Part shown: positions 19,157-29,108 of the stretch, one piece after another
How positions within the stretch are numbered: the first letter of the stretch is position 1
How the letters are laid out: every line of letters begins with the position of its first letter
Source of the DNA: Planctomycetota bacterium
GTDB taxonomy: Bacteria; Planctomycetota; PLA2; JAEUHO01
DNA: 64,000 nt
Direction: 5' to 3'
Assembly (NCBI GenBank): GCA_965222115.1
Contig: CBDCTJ010000007.1
Location: 2,560,001 to 2,624,000, forward strand
Notes under the pieces: generated by a model
What the model saw: only the letters and a program-made list of their open reading frames with translations
Databases searched by the model: none
Told to the model about the DNA's origin: nothing
Translations under genes and position numbers: made by a program

Positions 19157-22100
19157 CGCGGGTCCCCGTACCGCGCGATCCCGACTTTGGATCTGCCTTT
19201 TGTGTGGGCATTTCCAAGGCAACAACTTCGCTGTACGAACGCGTGGTGTAGAGCGCGCTCGGGTCTACAACCATTACGCGCGTGGCGCGAAGGTCGGTGG
19301 CTGTACTGCCGGTCTGCTGAATTACGGGGGGCTGGTAGTAGGGCATGCGGTAGCCGCGCCGCATCATCATCATGCGCGAACGATGCTGGGCCATAGCGAG
19401 CCTACTTTTGGCCGACGATTGGGCGTTTACCACGCCGCGGAACAGATAACGCAATCGCGGCGCCGCTTTGCGCTTCTTTCGTGTGCGGCCCCAGGCATCT
19501 ACGGTTTCTTCGTAGGCGTCATCCTCGTCTATGGCGAGTTCATGGGGCCATGGGACGTCCGCTACCGTGGTGCCGCTCTCCACGTGAATCGTTAGGATGC
19601 GCTCATCGCCTGCGGCATACACGTATCCATCCACATACGTGGCTCGGATCGGGTGATCGTTCGCGAAGTCTTTATCAAAGGCGATGAGGCGACGATTGCC
19701 GGTGATTGGATGTAGGCGCGTGATGCCCTTCTCACTGAGGAAGAGCAAGTGCTGCTGGTGCCGGCCCATGTACACGCCTGGCATTTCGTCGTGGACGTGC
19801 GTTCGGAATGGCTCACGAATGCTGGCGACCGTCAATGTGCCCTTGGCGGGCGCCGTTGTTTCAAGCGAATCGCGAAACAGGAGCAGGGATTCGTCTTCGA
19901 TGAGCCCCTTACGTTTTTGGTTGCCGATAAGCGGCGATCCCCAGTGGGCAACGGTCGCCACAGGATGCAACGTCGATGCGGATGACGCCGCGCTCCACGC
20001 GGGTGGCGGCGCGCCGAAGTGAGAACCCATGTAGATCGGGGTGCCGGAACTCGAATAAATCATGGGCGGGCTGCTCGCAAACGGCGAAGAACCGCCGCAG
20101 CTACCGCCGCACGACAAGCCTGAGGAGAATGATGAATAGATGGGGCCGCCCATGGGCATCCCACCGCCAAAGAGCGGCGAGGAGAACAAGGAGGACCAGC
20201 CGCCGCGACCACCACCGTCTTCGCGCTCGGGCTCTTTGAGTTCCACGGGTACGGAGCGAACCTTACTTGGGTCAAAGCGCCACAAGTGGTGTCCATCCGA
20301 TGCGTCGAGCACAAAGGTGTGTTTTCCGAACGCCAAGATGTGGTCGCCCTGTACCGAGAGACCTGAATTGGTGGCATGGGCGCCATCGGCCGCGTCCCCA
20401 AGTTCGTGCCACCACTTGACCTTGCCGTGAGCCGGCTCAATACAACGAATCTCTTCGGAATAGGCGTCGAACACAATGAGCCCATGCGGTGACGTCGCAA
20501 TGTGCACCGGACCGTGGTCGGCCACAATTCGCCACGCCAAGTTTCCGGCTTCATCGTAACACTCGACATTTGGACCGCGCACGAGTGCCACGCGATTGCT
20601 GGCGGGCAGCGCGACTTGACTTTCGCTCGTCACGGAACTCGGTAGTGTCCAGGTGAGCTTGCCCGACGCGCGATTCAAGCAATGCATCGCACCGTCGCTT
20701 GTAGTCAACAGCAGTCGCGCGTTGCCAAACCCAAGCAGCGCCGTGGGCCGACTGTCGTAGAGTTTGAATACCCAGCGCACCCGATCGGCGCCTGCCGGAC
20801 CTGCCCCGACACCCTTGCCCGTATTGGCGGCATTCGGCTTCGTGCTAGCGGGCGTGCCGTTGGTCCCCAAGTCGGCCATTCTCTCCAGCCCTTGCCACGA
20901 GGCGGCCAATCCATCGGGAAACGCAATCCACTCAGACTCATCGCCCATGGCCAACGTGTTCGCTCGCTTGCGTGACGGTTTGTTGTCGCGCGTCTTGGTC
21001 GTCCGACCGGCTTCTTCGCTTTGAAGGGTGCGAAGTTCCTTGAGTGTTTCTAAGGCATCGGCCTTTGCCTTTGTTCGTCCCAGGCGACCCAGTGCGTAAA
21101 CGCGAGACCAGCTCTGCCAAAGCGGGCGGCGGGTTGGGGGATACAAGCGTTCTGCTCGGTCAAGCGTGCTCAATGCCTGAATGAACTCGCCTTCATGTCC
21201 CCGACGAAATGCAGCGGATACACCGCGCCAGTAACTGTCGGATAGGTGTTCTCGCAGTAGGCGACGGGTTTCATTGGCAACCGGCATGCGTGGTATTCCA
21301 CGCAGAAGTCGCCGTAGCGTGCGGCGGAGTTTGTCCTCGTCGCCAACGGCTACAAGCGTGGTGATCCAGCGCTCCCAGTTGGAGCGACGCTCGGGTTCGG
21401 CCTGGGTGAGCCGCTCATAGATGCTTAACAGGCGCTCGTAGTCATTGAGTTGGCGGTAGGGGCGAGCGAGACGTGCCAAGAGCTCGGCGTCGCCGATCTT
21501 GGAAACATCCAGCGACTCGAGGTGCTTCTCAGCGCGTGGGTAGTCACGTTCATCAAAGTAGACCAACGCCAAACGCGCTTTGTATTCTTCGGCGTGATCG
21601 GTGTCGTCCTCGATAAGCGACTCAAGTTCCGCGCCGGCAAGTACGGAGTGGCGGGAATTGCGTTCTAGATGCAGCGCGAGATGTCGCCGCAAAGCAAGGG
21701 CTGCTTTCTCGGGTGGATTGCCTGCTAGCAACTCTTCTACCAGGGCACGTGCTTCGGCAATCCGGTAGCGGCGCGAACTCACGTCAAGAAACGCAGCGAT
21801 GCGGTCGACGCGCGTGCCATCCCAAGCACCGGTCTCTTGGGCGAGGCGGACCTGTTCTTGTTCCAAGAACTTGCCCGATTCGGCATACGATGCGGCAAAG
21901 TCGGTGGCAAGTGTAAGCCACCGTCGATAGCGCGCCGGGGAGTCGGCCAGACGACGAAGATCAAGGACAAGTCGTGCGCCACTACGAGGTCGAATCAAGT
22001 AGCCGCGAACTTTGAGTAGGGCCAAACCAAGTGCGAAGTGCTCGGGTTGTTTGGCGTGACGCTCCATGAGTGCGCGTTCGGCTTGCCGAAAGTGGCCCGC

Positions 22101-23672
22101 CTCCATCATGAAGTTCATGAGGTCTAAGAACTCATCGTTGCCAACGGCATCGGGGATGGGACGAACCATGAGGCGGTGTAGCGCCGCGCGGTCTCGTTGT
22201 GTGCGAAGCATTTCACCGAGTTCACGCAAGACGGCCGCGCGCTCGGGTGCCAAGTCGAGCGCGCGCATAAAGAGCGTAACGCTCGGCTTGGGGCGATTGT
22301 TTCCGCGTAAGAAACGTGCCATATCGAGCAGCCGCGAGACCTGCTTGTCGCTCGGAAGATTGGCAATGGCCTTTTCGAACTCCGCGGTGGCGTCTTTCGT
22401 GCGACGCAACAAGAACAGCGCGCGAATATGGCGATCGACGAGATCGTCGCGGCTAGGAAATTTCTCAATTCGTGCTTCGAGGTATTTGACGCGACGGCGT
22501 ACATCGCCCAAGTGATCGAAGACGTCCAGCGTTTCCTTTTCGAGCTGGGCCGAGTTGGGCATGCGCTTGGATGCATCAAGCAGTACGGTCAAGGCCTCGC
22601 GATGGCGATCGAATCCACGTAACATGCGCGCCAAGTCAAGGGCCACGGTATCTCGATTTGGGTGGTCGGCAACCGCTCTGCGCGCCGCGTCGAGCATGGT
22701 GTCGCGTTCGCCTTCGGATGCAATCAACCGTTGGCGCATGGTGAGCACTTCGGAGCGACGCCAATGATCGGCCGTCAATCGAGTCAGCAGCTTGTCGAGT
22801 CGATCGCGCGCGGCTTTGCTTCGGCGAAGCGATATCTCGCTAACCGCGGACAGCAACTCGATATCAATAATGGTCTCCGGCGAGGGTCCCGCCCCCGCGG
22901 CCTGCGTCAATACCTCTAACGCCTTCTCGTGCAGTCCAAATGAAGCAAGGCGCTTGGCCGCGCGCACCTTGCCCTCTGCCCGCGGACCTTGGATGTCGAT
23001 CATGGTCTTAACGTGGCGCTTGGCCACGTCGCGGCGATCGTCTTCCAAGGCGAGTTTGAGCAGCTTTTCAATCCACTTGGCGCGAGCCCGAGGATCGGTA
23101 CCAAACTCGACGGCCTTGTCGAGTGCGTCAATCGCCTTTGGATCGCCCGCCTCGTGCAAGTGTTCGAAGAGCAAGTAGTGCAGGTAGCCGCTCTTTGGGA
23201 ACACGCGCAGCGCTTCGCGCACCTGGTTGGCTGCCTCCGGATCGTTGATCGACGAAAGCAGCCGCACATAGACAATGCGCCCCGCTTCATCGTTGGGATA
23301 TACCGTGGTGTGTTGCCGGTACATGCCGACCAACCGATCGACCTCGCCGGCCTTTTGATACATCTCAAGCAATCGGGCGAAGAGTGCGTCCTGCGTTGGG
23401 TATTGTTGGAGGCGCGCGCGAAACTCCAGACTCCGCTCGTCCAAGCTCTGAGTTGCTGCACCCGTGTCGCGCTTGTCGATTTCTGCCGTCTTGTCCTCTT
23501 TGTTGTCTTCTTCGGCGAAGACCGTTGGGGTGAAGCGCAAGGCCTCGCCACCGCCAAGGGCGAATAGAACCAGCACAAGCCAAAGTAGAGAACGCGCCCC
23601 GCGCCAGCGCATCGAATGCGATGGGGACGACATGGCGGCACGCGACCGGTCGGTGCGTCGAGCACGGTACAT
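19149..23672 (-). CDS. Large secreted TPR-repeat plus PQQ-type beta-propeller protein
   Basis: Signal-peptide-like LLWLVLVLFALGG; long helical-repeat region; propeller motifs LNRASGKLTW, GNLAW, GKVKW, DASDGHHLW; G/S/P-rich insert containing SCGGSCGG. Confidence 0.75.
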   Translation of the reverse strand: MYRARRTDRSRAAMSSPSHSMRWRGARSLLWLVLVLFALGGGEALRFTPTVFAEEDNKEDKTAEIDKRDTGAATQSLDERSLEFRARLQQYPTQDALFARLLEMYQKAGEVDRLVGMYRQHTTVYPNDEAGRIVYVRLLSSINDPEAANQVREALRVFPKSGYLHYLLFEHLHEAGDPKAIDALDKAVEFGTDPRARAKWIEKLLKLALEDDRRDVAKRHVKTMIDIQGPRAEGKVRAAKRLASFGLHEKALEVLTQAAGAGPSPETIIDIELLSAVSEISLRRSKAARDRLDKLLTRLTADHWRRSEVLTMRQRLIASEGERDTMLDAARRAVADHPNRDTVALDLARMLRGFDRHREALTVLLDASKRMPNSAQLEKETLDVFDHLGDVRRRVKYLEARIEKFPSRDDLVDRHIRALFLLRRTKDATAEFEKAIANLPSDKQVSRLLDMARFLRGNNRPKPSVTLFMRALDLAPERAAVLRELGEMLRTQRDRAALHRLMVRPIPDAVGNDEFLDLMNFMMEAGHFRQAERALMERHAKQPEHFALGLALLKVRGYLIRPRSGARLVLDLRRLADSPARYRRWLTLATDFAASYAESGKFLEQEQVRLAQETGAWDGTRVDRIAAFLDVSSRRYRIAEARALVEELLAGNPPEKAALALRRHLALHLERNSRHSVLAGAELESLIEDDTDHAEEYKARLALVYFDERDYPRAEKHLESLDVSKIGDAELLARLARPYRQLNDYERLLSIYERLTQAEPERRSNWERWITTLVAVGDEDKLRRTLRRLLRGIPRMPVANETRRLLREHLSDSYWRGVSAAFRRGHEGEFIQALSTLDRAERLYPPTRRPLWQSWSRVYALGRLGRTKAKADALETLKELRTLQSEEAGRTTKTRDNKPSRKRANTLAMGDESEWIAFPDGLAASWQGLERMADLGTNGTPASTKPNAANTGKGVGAGPAGADRVRWVFKLYDSRPTALLGFGNARLLLTTSDGAMHCLNRASGKLTWTLPSSVTSESQVALPASNRVALVRGPNVECYDEAGNLAWRIVADHGPVHIATSPHGLIVFDAYSEEIRCIEPAHGKVKWWHELGDAADGAHATNSGLSVQGDHILAFGKHTFVLDASDGHHLWRFDPSKVRSVPVELKEPEREDGGGRGGWSSLFSSPLFGGGMPMGGPIYSSFSSGLSCGGSCGGSSPFASSPPMIYSSSGTPIYMGSHFGAPPPAWSAASSASTLHPVATVAHWGSPLIGNQKRKGLIEDESLLLFRDSLETTAPAKGTLTVASIREPFRTHVHDEMPGVYMGRHQQHLLFLSEKGITRLHPITGNRRLIAFDKDFANDHPIRATYVDGYVYAAGDERILTIHVESGTTVADVPWPHELAIDEDDAYEETVDAWGRTRKKRKAAPRLRYLFRGVVNAQSSAKSRLAMAQHRSRMMMMRRGYRMPYYQPPVIQQTGSTATDLRATRVMVVDPSALYTTRSYSEVVALEMPTQKADPKSGSRGTGTRDE

Positions 23673-23677
23673 AGACA

Positions 23678-24790
23678 CTACTCCGCGGCGTGGCTGGGAG
23701 CCGGGGTCTCACGAATCAAGGTGTCGATCAAATCATCCACATTGAGCGACTCGGCTTCACCTTCGAAGTTGAGAATGATGCGGTGGCGCAACGCGGGTTT
23801 GGCCGCGCGACGTACGTCGTCAATGGAGACCGCCGTGCGACCGTCGAGTAGGCAGTACACGCGGGCCGCTCGTATAAGCGTCTGCATGCCTCGTGGGCTG
23901 GCGCCATAGGCCACCATGCGCTTGACCTGCTCGTTGCCGTCGCCATCGGGATGGGTACTCAAAACCAGGGACGCGGCATACGTGGCAATGGGATCGGCCA
24001 CCGGCACATGCGTAATGAGCTGTTGGAAGCGCGTGAGATCGTCACCCGTCATCACCGTATCCACATCCGGCTCCACAAAGCCTGTGGTGCGGCGTGAGAT
24101 TTCGACCAACTGCTCTTTGCTGGGGTATCGCACACGCAACTTGAAAAAGAATCGGTCAAGCTGTGCTTCGGGAAGCGGATAGGTGCCTTCCATCTCCAGT
24201 GGATTTTGCGTTGCGAGCAAGAAGAAGGGCGCTGGTAAGTCGAACTGATCACCGCCCACCGTGACGCGTCGCTCCTGCATGACTTCCAATAGGGCGGCTT
24301 GCGTCTTGGGCGTGGCTCGGTTGATTTCATCGACGAGCAGCAAGTGTGTAAAAACGGGTCCCTTTTCAAATCGGAAGGAGCGATGCCCTCGATCGTCTTC
24401 ACTCACAATGTGGTTACCCAGAATGTCGGCAGGCATGAGATCGGGCGTGCACTGAATGCGACCAAAGCCGAGTTCAAGCACACGGCCCAACATGCGCACC
24501 AAAAACGTCTTACCGAGTCCGGGCACACCTTCTAAGAGCACATGACCGCCACTAAACACACCAATGAGCACGTCGCGAATGAGTTCGTCGTGGCCGACGA
24601 CCGCGCGTTGCATCTGCTTGAGCGTGTTTGGGAAGGTGGTGCGGAAGTGTTCAAACTCGGATGCGAGCGCTTTGGCGTCCTGGCCTTCAAACGCATCGCG
24701 CATCCCAGTGGCGGACGCAGTCGCGCTCGCCGAGGCCGTTCCACCTACGGGCACATCCCCGCGCCCCTCACTCGTCTGCGGGTCACTCAT
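23678..24790 (-). CDS. moxR: MoxR family AAA+ ATPase
   Basis: LLEGVPGLGKT, RIQCTPDLMPAD, LLVDEINRATPKTQAALLE, ATQNPLEMEGTYPLPEAQLDRF, YGASPR. Confidence 0.95.
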   Translation of the reverse strand: MSDPQTSEGRGDVPVGGTASASATASATGMRDAFEGQDAKALASEFEHFRTTFPNTLKQMQRAVVGHDELIRDVLIGVFSGGHVLLEGVPGLGKTFLVRMLGRVLELGFGRIQCTPDLMPADILGNHIVSEDDRGHRSFRFEKGPVFTHLLLVDEINRATPKTQAALLEVMQERRVTVGGDQFDLPAPFFLLATQNPLEMEGTYPLPEAQLDRFFFKLRVRYPSKEQLVEISRRTTGFVEPDVDTVMTGDDLTRFQQLITHVPVADPIATYAASLVLSTHPDGDGNEQVKRMVAYGASPRGMQTLIRAARVYCLLDGRTAVSIDDVRRAAKPALRHRIILNFEGEAESLNVDDLIDTLIRETPAPSHAAE

Positions 24791-24793
24791 GGC

Positions 24794-26812
24794 TTAGCGT
24801 CCTTCTTCTTTGGCGCGCGCAGGTTGCCCGGCTTCCGACCCAGGGTCTTCCAACCGACGGCGTAGTTCTGTGAAGTATCGAAGCACTTGTTCACGGCGCG
24901 ACAGGGGTATGGGGTCATCGGCCAGTGCTTCTTCTTGTGCCTTTAAGAACTCCACCGTGATGTCTTGCACCGAACGCGACGAGCCCTCCGAACGCGGTTG
25001 GCCATCGATGTCGCGGGTTGTGCTTGGGCCGGCGCCGCGAGGAGCCACGCTAATGCGTTCTTCGCGATTGGCGCGCGAACCGGGGCGCGTGCCCCCGCCC
25101 ATAGGTGCCGATCCTGAACCGGCACTGTTGCTGCTTGAGTTGCTCTGTGAGCCACTCTGTCCACCTTGACCGGGGATTACGCCTGCGCCAGAACTTGAGG
25201 AGCTACCTGCTCCTGAGCCGGAACCACTTCAGGTTCCGCCTGGGCCGCTCTTTCAGGTGCCGCCGGGTGATGTGCCCGGAATGGGGGCGCCGCCGCGTCG
25301 TCCTTTGTTGCCGGTCCCCGGTGTAGGGGTTCGCCCGCTCCGCGAGCGTCCACAGTTCGGTCAGCACGGTCCTTGATTGCCGGGTGGTGGTTGGGTGCCC
25401 GGCGTGGGGGTTGAGGACGATTGATGACTGTTGTAGCGACGATTGTTCTTGGGCTGATTGCGCTGATAGGACGAGTAGCGCCGCGTCAATGGAATCGGCT
25501 GATTTGAGTTGTTGTTGCGCAACGACTTGAGGTTGCGATTCGCGGTCATGGTTGTGAGCTGTTTCATGGTGCGGCCCGACTTGCCAAGCGCGCGCTGCCC
25601 CGATGCCCGCAGATTGCGTGCGAGACGACGAAGTTGATTGCGCATACGAAGTCGATTGGCCGCCTTTTTGTACTTGCGCGCCAGTTCACGGAGTTCGCGT
25701 GAGGCCCCCTTGGCGTCTTTGGCATCCAGTCGCTTCTGCGCCGCCGCCAAATGGCGACCCAAGGCAGTCTTTAGATCCTTGGCCGAAGCCTTCTTGAGTC
25801 CCGCGGCGAACGCAGTCGAAATCCTCGCGCGTTCTTCATGGGTGAGTTTGTCGGATGCCAATCGTTCGGCGAGCTTGAGCGCTTCGGCCGAGGCGCGCTT
25901 CATGTCTTCGGCGCGAAGTGCACCGGCGAGCGCTGCGGTGTCGGCATGTCGCTCCAACTCGGCCAACAGCGCGGAACTTACCTTTTCGCCCATGGCCTTA
26001 AGCCCGGCCGCCAGCTTTTCTGCTTCGCGTGCTTGCTTCTCAAGGGCTTCGAGCACCTTTCGAGACGACTGCTTCTCCTTTTCCTTCATCTTCTCGGCAC
26101 TGGCCTTCATTTCTTTCTTGAGATCGTCGAGTGCTTTGGCTTCTTCGGGCGTGAGAGCCTTCTTCTCGTCTTCGAGACGCTTCGCTTCGTCTTCCATGGC
26201 GGTGGCGACGTCGGTGGCATCAACCGTGCGGTCTTCAGGTGCAGAAATCTTGTCGATCACAACAATCGAGAGTGCAACGGCACAGAAGAGGGCCGGAGCA
26301 AGCAAGCTCGAGAGCGGTGCGCGCAGCGGTACATACGTGGACACCTTGGTACGCGCTTGATCCAGGGCTCGCGTAGCGCGTTCCATGTGGAGCATCTCGC
26401 CGGCATCGGTCGGCATACCTCCAGCGCGACGCTCAAAGGCATGGGCTGAAAGTAGGGTTTCGCCGGTTCCTGCGCTGCGGTCAACCAGTGCCAATGCAGA
26501 TGCGGGCGACGGTCTACGCAGAAGGCTGTAAAACAAACACGCCAAGGCCCAGACACCTACGGCCAACACACAGATTGCGACGCGCGCAAAGGCGGATTCC
26601 GGCGCCCAGGGGTGACCGAAGATACGGCTAAGCACTACCAGGACGGCCAGCGCGCCAAAAACGGGCCATGCACTGGCGCGAAGGGATCGGAACCAGTCTC
26701 GAAGCAAAAGCCTCGAAGCAAGGCGTTCACCAAACGCCGTAAACGGTCCTCCTACGGTTGCGTTCGATATGACGCGGTGCGCATCGGCTTGTGGTGTGGT
26801 TGGATTGTTCAT
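24794..26812 (-). CDS. Membrane-anchored coiled-coil protein, putative selenoprotein with three in-frame UGA codons (672 aa; U484, U520, U528)
   Basis: ORFs 25361..26812 and 24794..25102 share a frame. The gap contains only TGA stops (25361-63, 25253-55, 25229-31) and reads GPC*PNCG...PGGT*KSGPGGT*SGSGSG...APMGGG. The distal part ends in EEALADDPIPLSRREQVLRYF, a C-terminal motif typical of such MoxR-operon proteins. A hairpin follows each TGA. Confidence 0.75.
25198..25214 (-). promoter_or_regulatory. Candidate bacterial SECIS hairpin for UGA 25229-31
   Basis: AGGAGC-AGGUA-GCUCCU (6 bp, loop at +21, G second). Confidence 0.62.
25215..25250 (-). promoter_or_regulatory. Candidate bacterial SECIS hairpin for UGA 25253-55
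   Basis: CGGAACC-UGAAGU-GGUUCCG (7 bp, loop at +22, G second) with a lower GAGC/GCUC stem. The loop contains the third UGA. Confidence 0.6.
25336..25348 (-). promoter_or_regulatory. Candidate bacterial SECIS hairpin for UGA 25361-63
   Basis: CGCUC-GCG-GAGCG; loop starts with G at +18 after the UGA. Confidence 0.55.
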
Positions 26813-26854
26813 TGAAACCTCAGGTTTCGTTGTTTGGCGTGAAGAGACGACGCA

Positions 26855-29104
26855 CTAGCGATCGTCTCCAACTTCTTGAAGCAAACGACGCAAGCGTCGC
26901 TCGACTTCGGGGTCTTTGGTGAGCCGCAGGGCCTGTTCCATGGGCAAACGCGCCACGTCGCCCATCTCTTGCAGTTTGACGTAGGCGGCTTCGCGGCGTT
27001 CCCAACTGTTGGCACCAAGATCCTGAATGGTCTTGGTGAGGCGCGACAGGAGCGCATCCGGTATGACGGGTGTGGGTACGTGGACTTCCACAATATCTCG
27101 CACGGGAATCATCATGCGCCCCCGATCGGTCTCGAAGGGCAACAACACTTCTTCCAACGTGCCAAAGATCTGTCCGCCGCCCCAAATCTCTGCCTGAAAC
27201 TGGGGAACGAACAGAGGATCTTCGGGGTCGCCCTCTTCGGCGTTTCGCATGACGCGCATCTGGCTGGGGGACACGGGCAGTGTCTCCCCGGCGGCACGGA
27301 AGTGGAGCGTGTCCAAATCCACGCGGCCCAATATCACGTCCCCACCACTGAGAATCGCGTGGGGGCGCATGGCGGCGTCATCGTCTTCGCCGGAATGATC
27401 CTCGCGATGAAATGACGACTCTTCGGATTGGTCGCGTTCAATCGGCTCTTCGTATTGCAGTGCGCGGAGCTCATGTCCCTTGAGTTCAATCTTCCCAAGC
27501 AGTTTGTTTTCAAGTGCGAGGGAGGAAGCGCGCAAAAACGCGCGCAGCCGCGTGCCGTCTTTCAGTTGGACCATATAGCCGGGGTAGTCGTCGTCGAGAG
27601 GACGAATCATTCGTATATCTTCAAGCGGGAGATCGAGTGGACCCCACGATGTGGCAATACCCAAAGATCCGGTCGTCTTCATGCTGCGCAACACGAGTCC
27701 TGCGCGCGTCATCACCATCCAGCTGTCTTTGGGGTCACTGTCTTTGGGGTCAGTGTCATTCACGTCACTGCCCTTGGAATCACCGCTTTCGGGATCCGCA
27801 CCGTCTTTATCATCGATCGGGTCATCGATCGGGTCGAGTAGGCTGGGCCCGCGTCGTTTATCGGCCGACTTGGTCATGACCAATCGGTCGAGGCGATCAA
27901 TTGAGAGATCCACCGTTGCGCCGCTCGTCATATCAAACCGCAGGTCCGTGGCTTCCAAATCGCCGAGCAGGCGTTGTCCGTCACGCAGATACACGCGCGG
28001 CGAAAGGGCTGTGTTTCGTAACCCGACGATTGCAGCAACGTCCTTCATCGGCACGTCAACCGTGCCGTGATCCGTCAATACGGCCAGGCGGCTGCACGCG
28101 GCTTTGCCCTGCACCAGGGTTTGTTTGCCAAGTGCGAGGACGTCAAAATTTGTGGGCGTGAGGCCCAGTTCCGACTCGATTGATGGGGTAAGACCGCCCT
28201 CCGAGCTACCCCAGCCGCCACGTCCCACGTTGACCAAGCTCTTACGCACGGATCGCGGGAGATCTCGCGTCCATCGTGAGCCGTTGAAGTGACGAAACTC
28301 GCGAGCGACCTTGTCCTTTTTCAATGTGGGCTTCGAAACGATGCGCGCACCCAGCATGATGCCAATCGTGCGGCCCGGCTGAATGGTCACGGAGTAACTG
28401 AAGTTGAGCGACTGATTGTTGTTGTTGGTTCGGAAGAACGGCTTCACACTGCTCTTAGGAGAGCGCAGATACCAAAATACGTGCCCGTTGATATTGCCTT
28501 GGACCCGCGCGTAAACGCCCACATCCTTCGCGGTCATCTGCCGCGAACCCGATTGACCGGAGGACGTGAGCATGGACGACGGTCGCACATTGAGATGGCC
28601 CATCACATTGTGTGTGATCTTCATTGGGGCTTTGGACGTGTTGGTCACGCGATCGACGAGTCGTGCACCTCGAAGTTTGGGGTGAACTTTGAGTCGTCGT
28701 TCCACCGTGAATCTGCCACAGCGGCCCCGCAGGACGTACTCGCTGCCATCCGGCGTCATCATGGGCGGCTGGGACGGTTGAAACTGCTGTCCGTTGATGT
28801 TCATGTTGGAGAGCAGATAGCTATTGTTGACGTGGGCGCGCCCATGCGCATCGCACGTCCACGTGGCGCCACCCCCCGCGTTCTTCGCGCCCCACTTTGC
28901 TGGGACCAGGCGTTCCTTTGCCGTGGCGTGGGTGGGCATCCCGATCCATGCTGTCAACGCGATGGTGACGAGACACAACGACCTTGTTAGATGTCGCTTT
29001 GTAGAATCAGCTCGCTGAGGTAGATCGTCGAGTCGGGCAATCAACGTGTTGGTGTCCTTGGTATCTGGTTGACGACTGGGATGGGCTGGCTGTTGGATAC
29101 GCAC
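26855..29104 (-). CDS. Secreted hypothetical protein with C-terminal HEAT-like helical pair
   Basis: Signal-like SLCLVTIALTAWIGMPTHATA; repeated beta modules (L.DG..L.G...L...T..G...VP..D); C-terminal LGANSWERREAA...DPEVERR. Start uncertain (GTG 29104 or TTG 29044). Confidence 0.72.
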   Translation of the reverse strand: MRIQQPAHPSRQPDTKDTNTLIARLDDLPQRADSTKRHLTRSLCLVTIALTAWIGMPTHATAKERLVPAKWGAKNAGGGATWTCDAHGRAHVNNSYLLSNMNINGQQFQPSQPPMMTPDGSEYVLRGRCGRFTVERRLKVHPKLRGARLVDRVTNTSKAPMKITHNVMGHLNVRPSSMLTSSGQSGSRQMTAKDVGVYARVQGNINGHVFWYLRSPKSSVKPFFRTNNNNQSLNFSYSVTIQPGRTIGIMLGARIVSKPTLKKDKVAREFRHFNGSRWTRDLPRSVRKSLVNVGRGGWGSSEGGLTPSIESELGLTPTNFDVLALGKQTLVQGKAACSRLAVLTDHGTVDVPMKDVAAIVGLRNTALSPRVYLRDGQRLLGDLEATDLRFDMTSGATVDLSIDRLDRLVMTKSADKRRGPSLLDPIDDPIDDKDGADPESGDSKGSDVNDTDPKDSDPKDSWMVMTRAGLVLRSMKTTGSLGIATSWGPLDLPLEDIRMIRPLDDDYPGYMVQLKDGTRLRAFLRASSLALENKLLGKIELKGHELRALQYEEPIERDQSEESSFHREDHSGEDDDAAMRPHAILSGGDVILGRVDLDTLHFRAAGETLPVSPSQMRVMRNAEEGDPEDPLFVPQFQAEIWGGGQIFGTLEEVLLPFETDRGRMMIPVRDIVEVHVPTPVIPDALLSRLTKTIQDLGANSWERREAAYVKLQEMGDVARLPMEQALRLTKDPEVERRLRRLLQEVGDDR

Positions 29105-29108
29105 GTGG

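Noticed and set aside
24794-26812. Pseudogene interpretation of the gene upstream of moxR
   Set aside because: Three interruptions that are all TGA, in frame, within 45 codons, one in a CxxxC context and each with a hairpin, in an otherwise intact operon, are unlikely from random decay. Not formally excluded.
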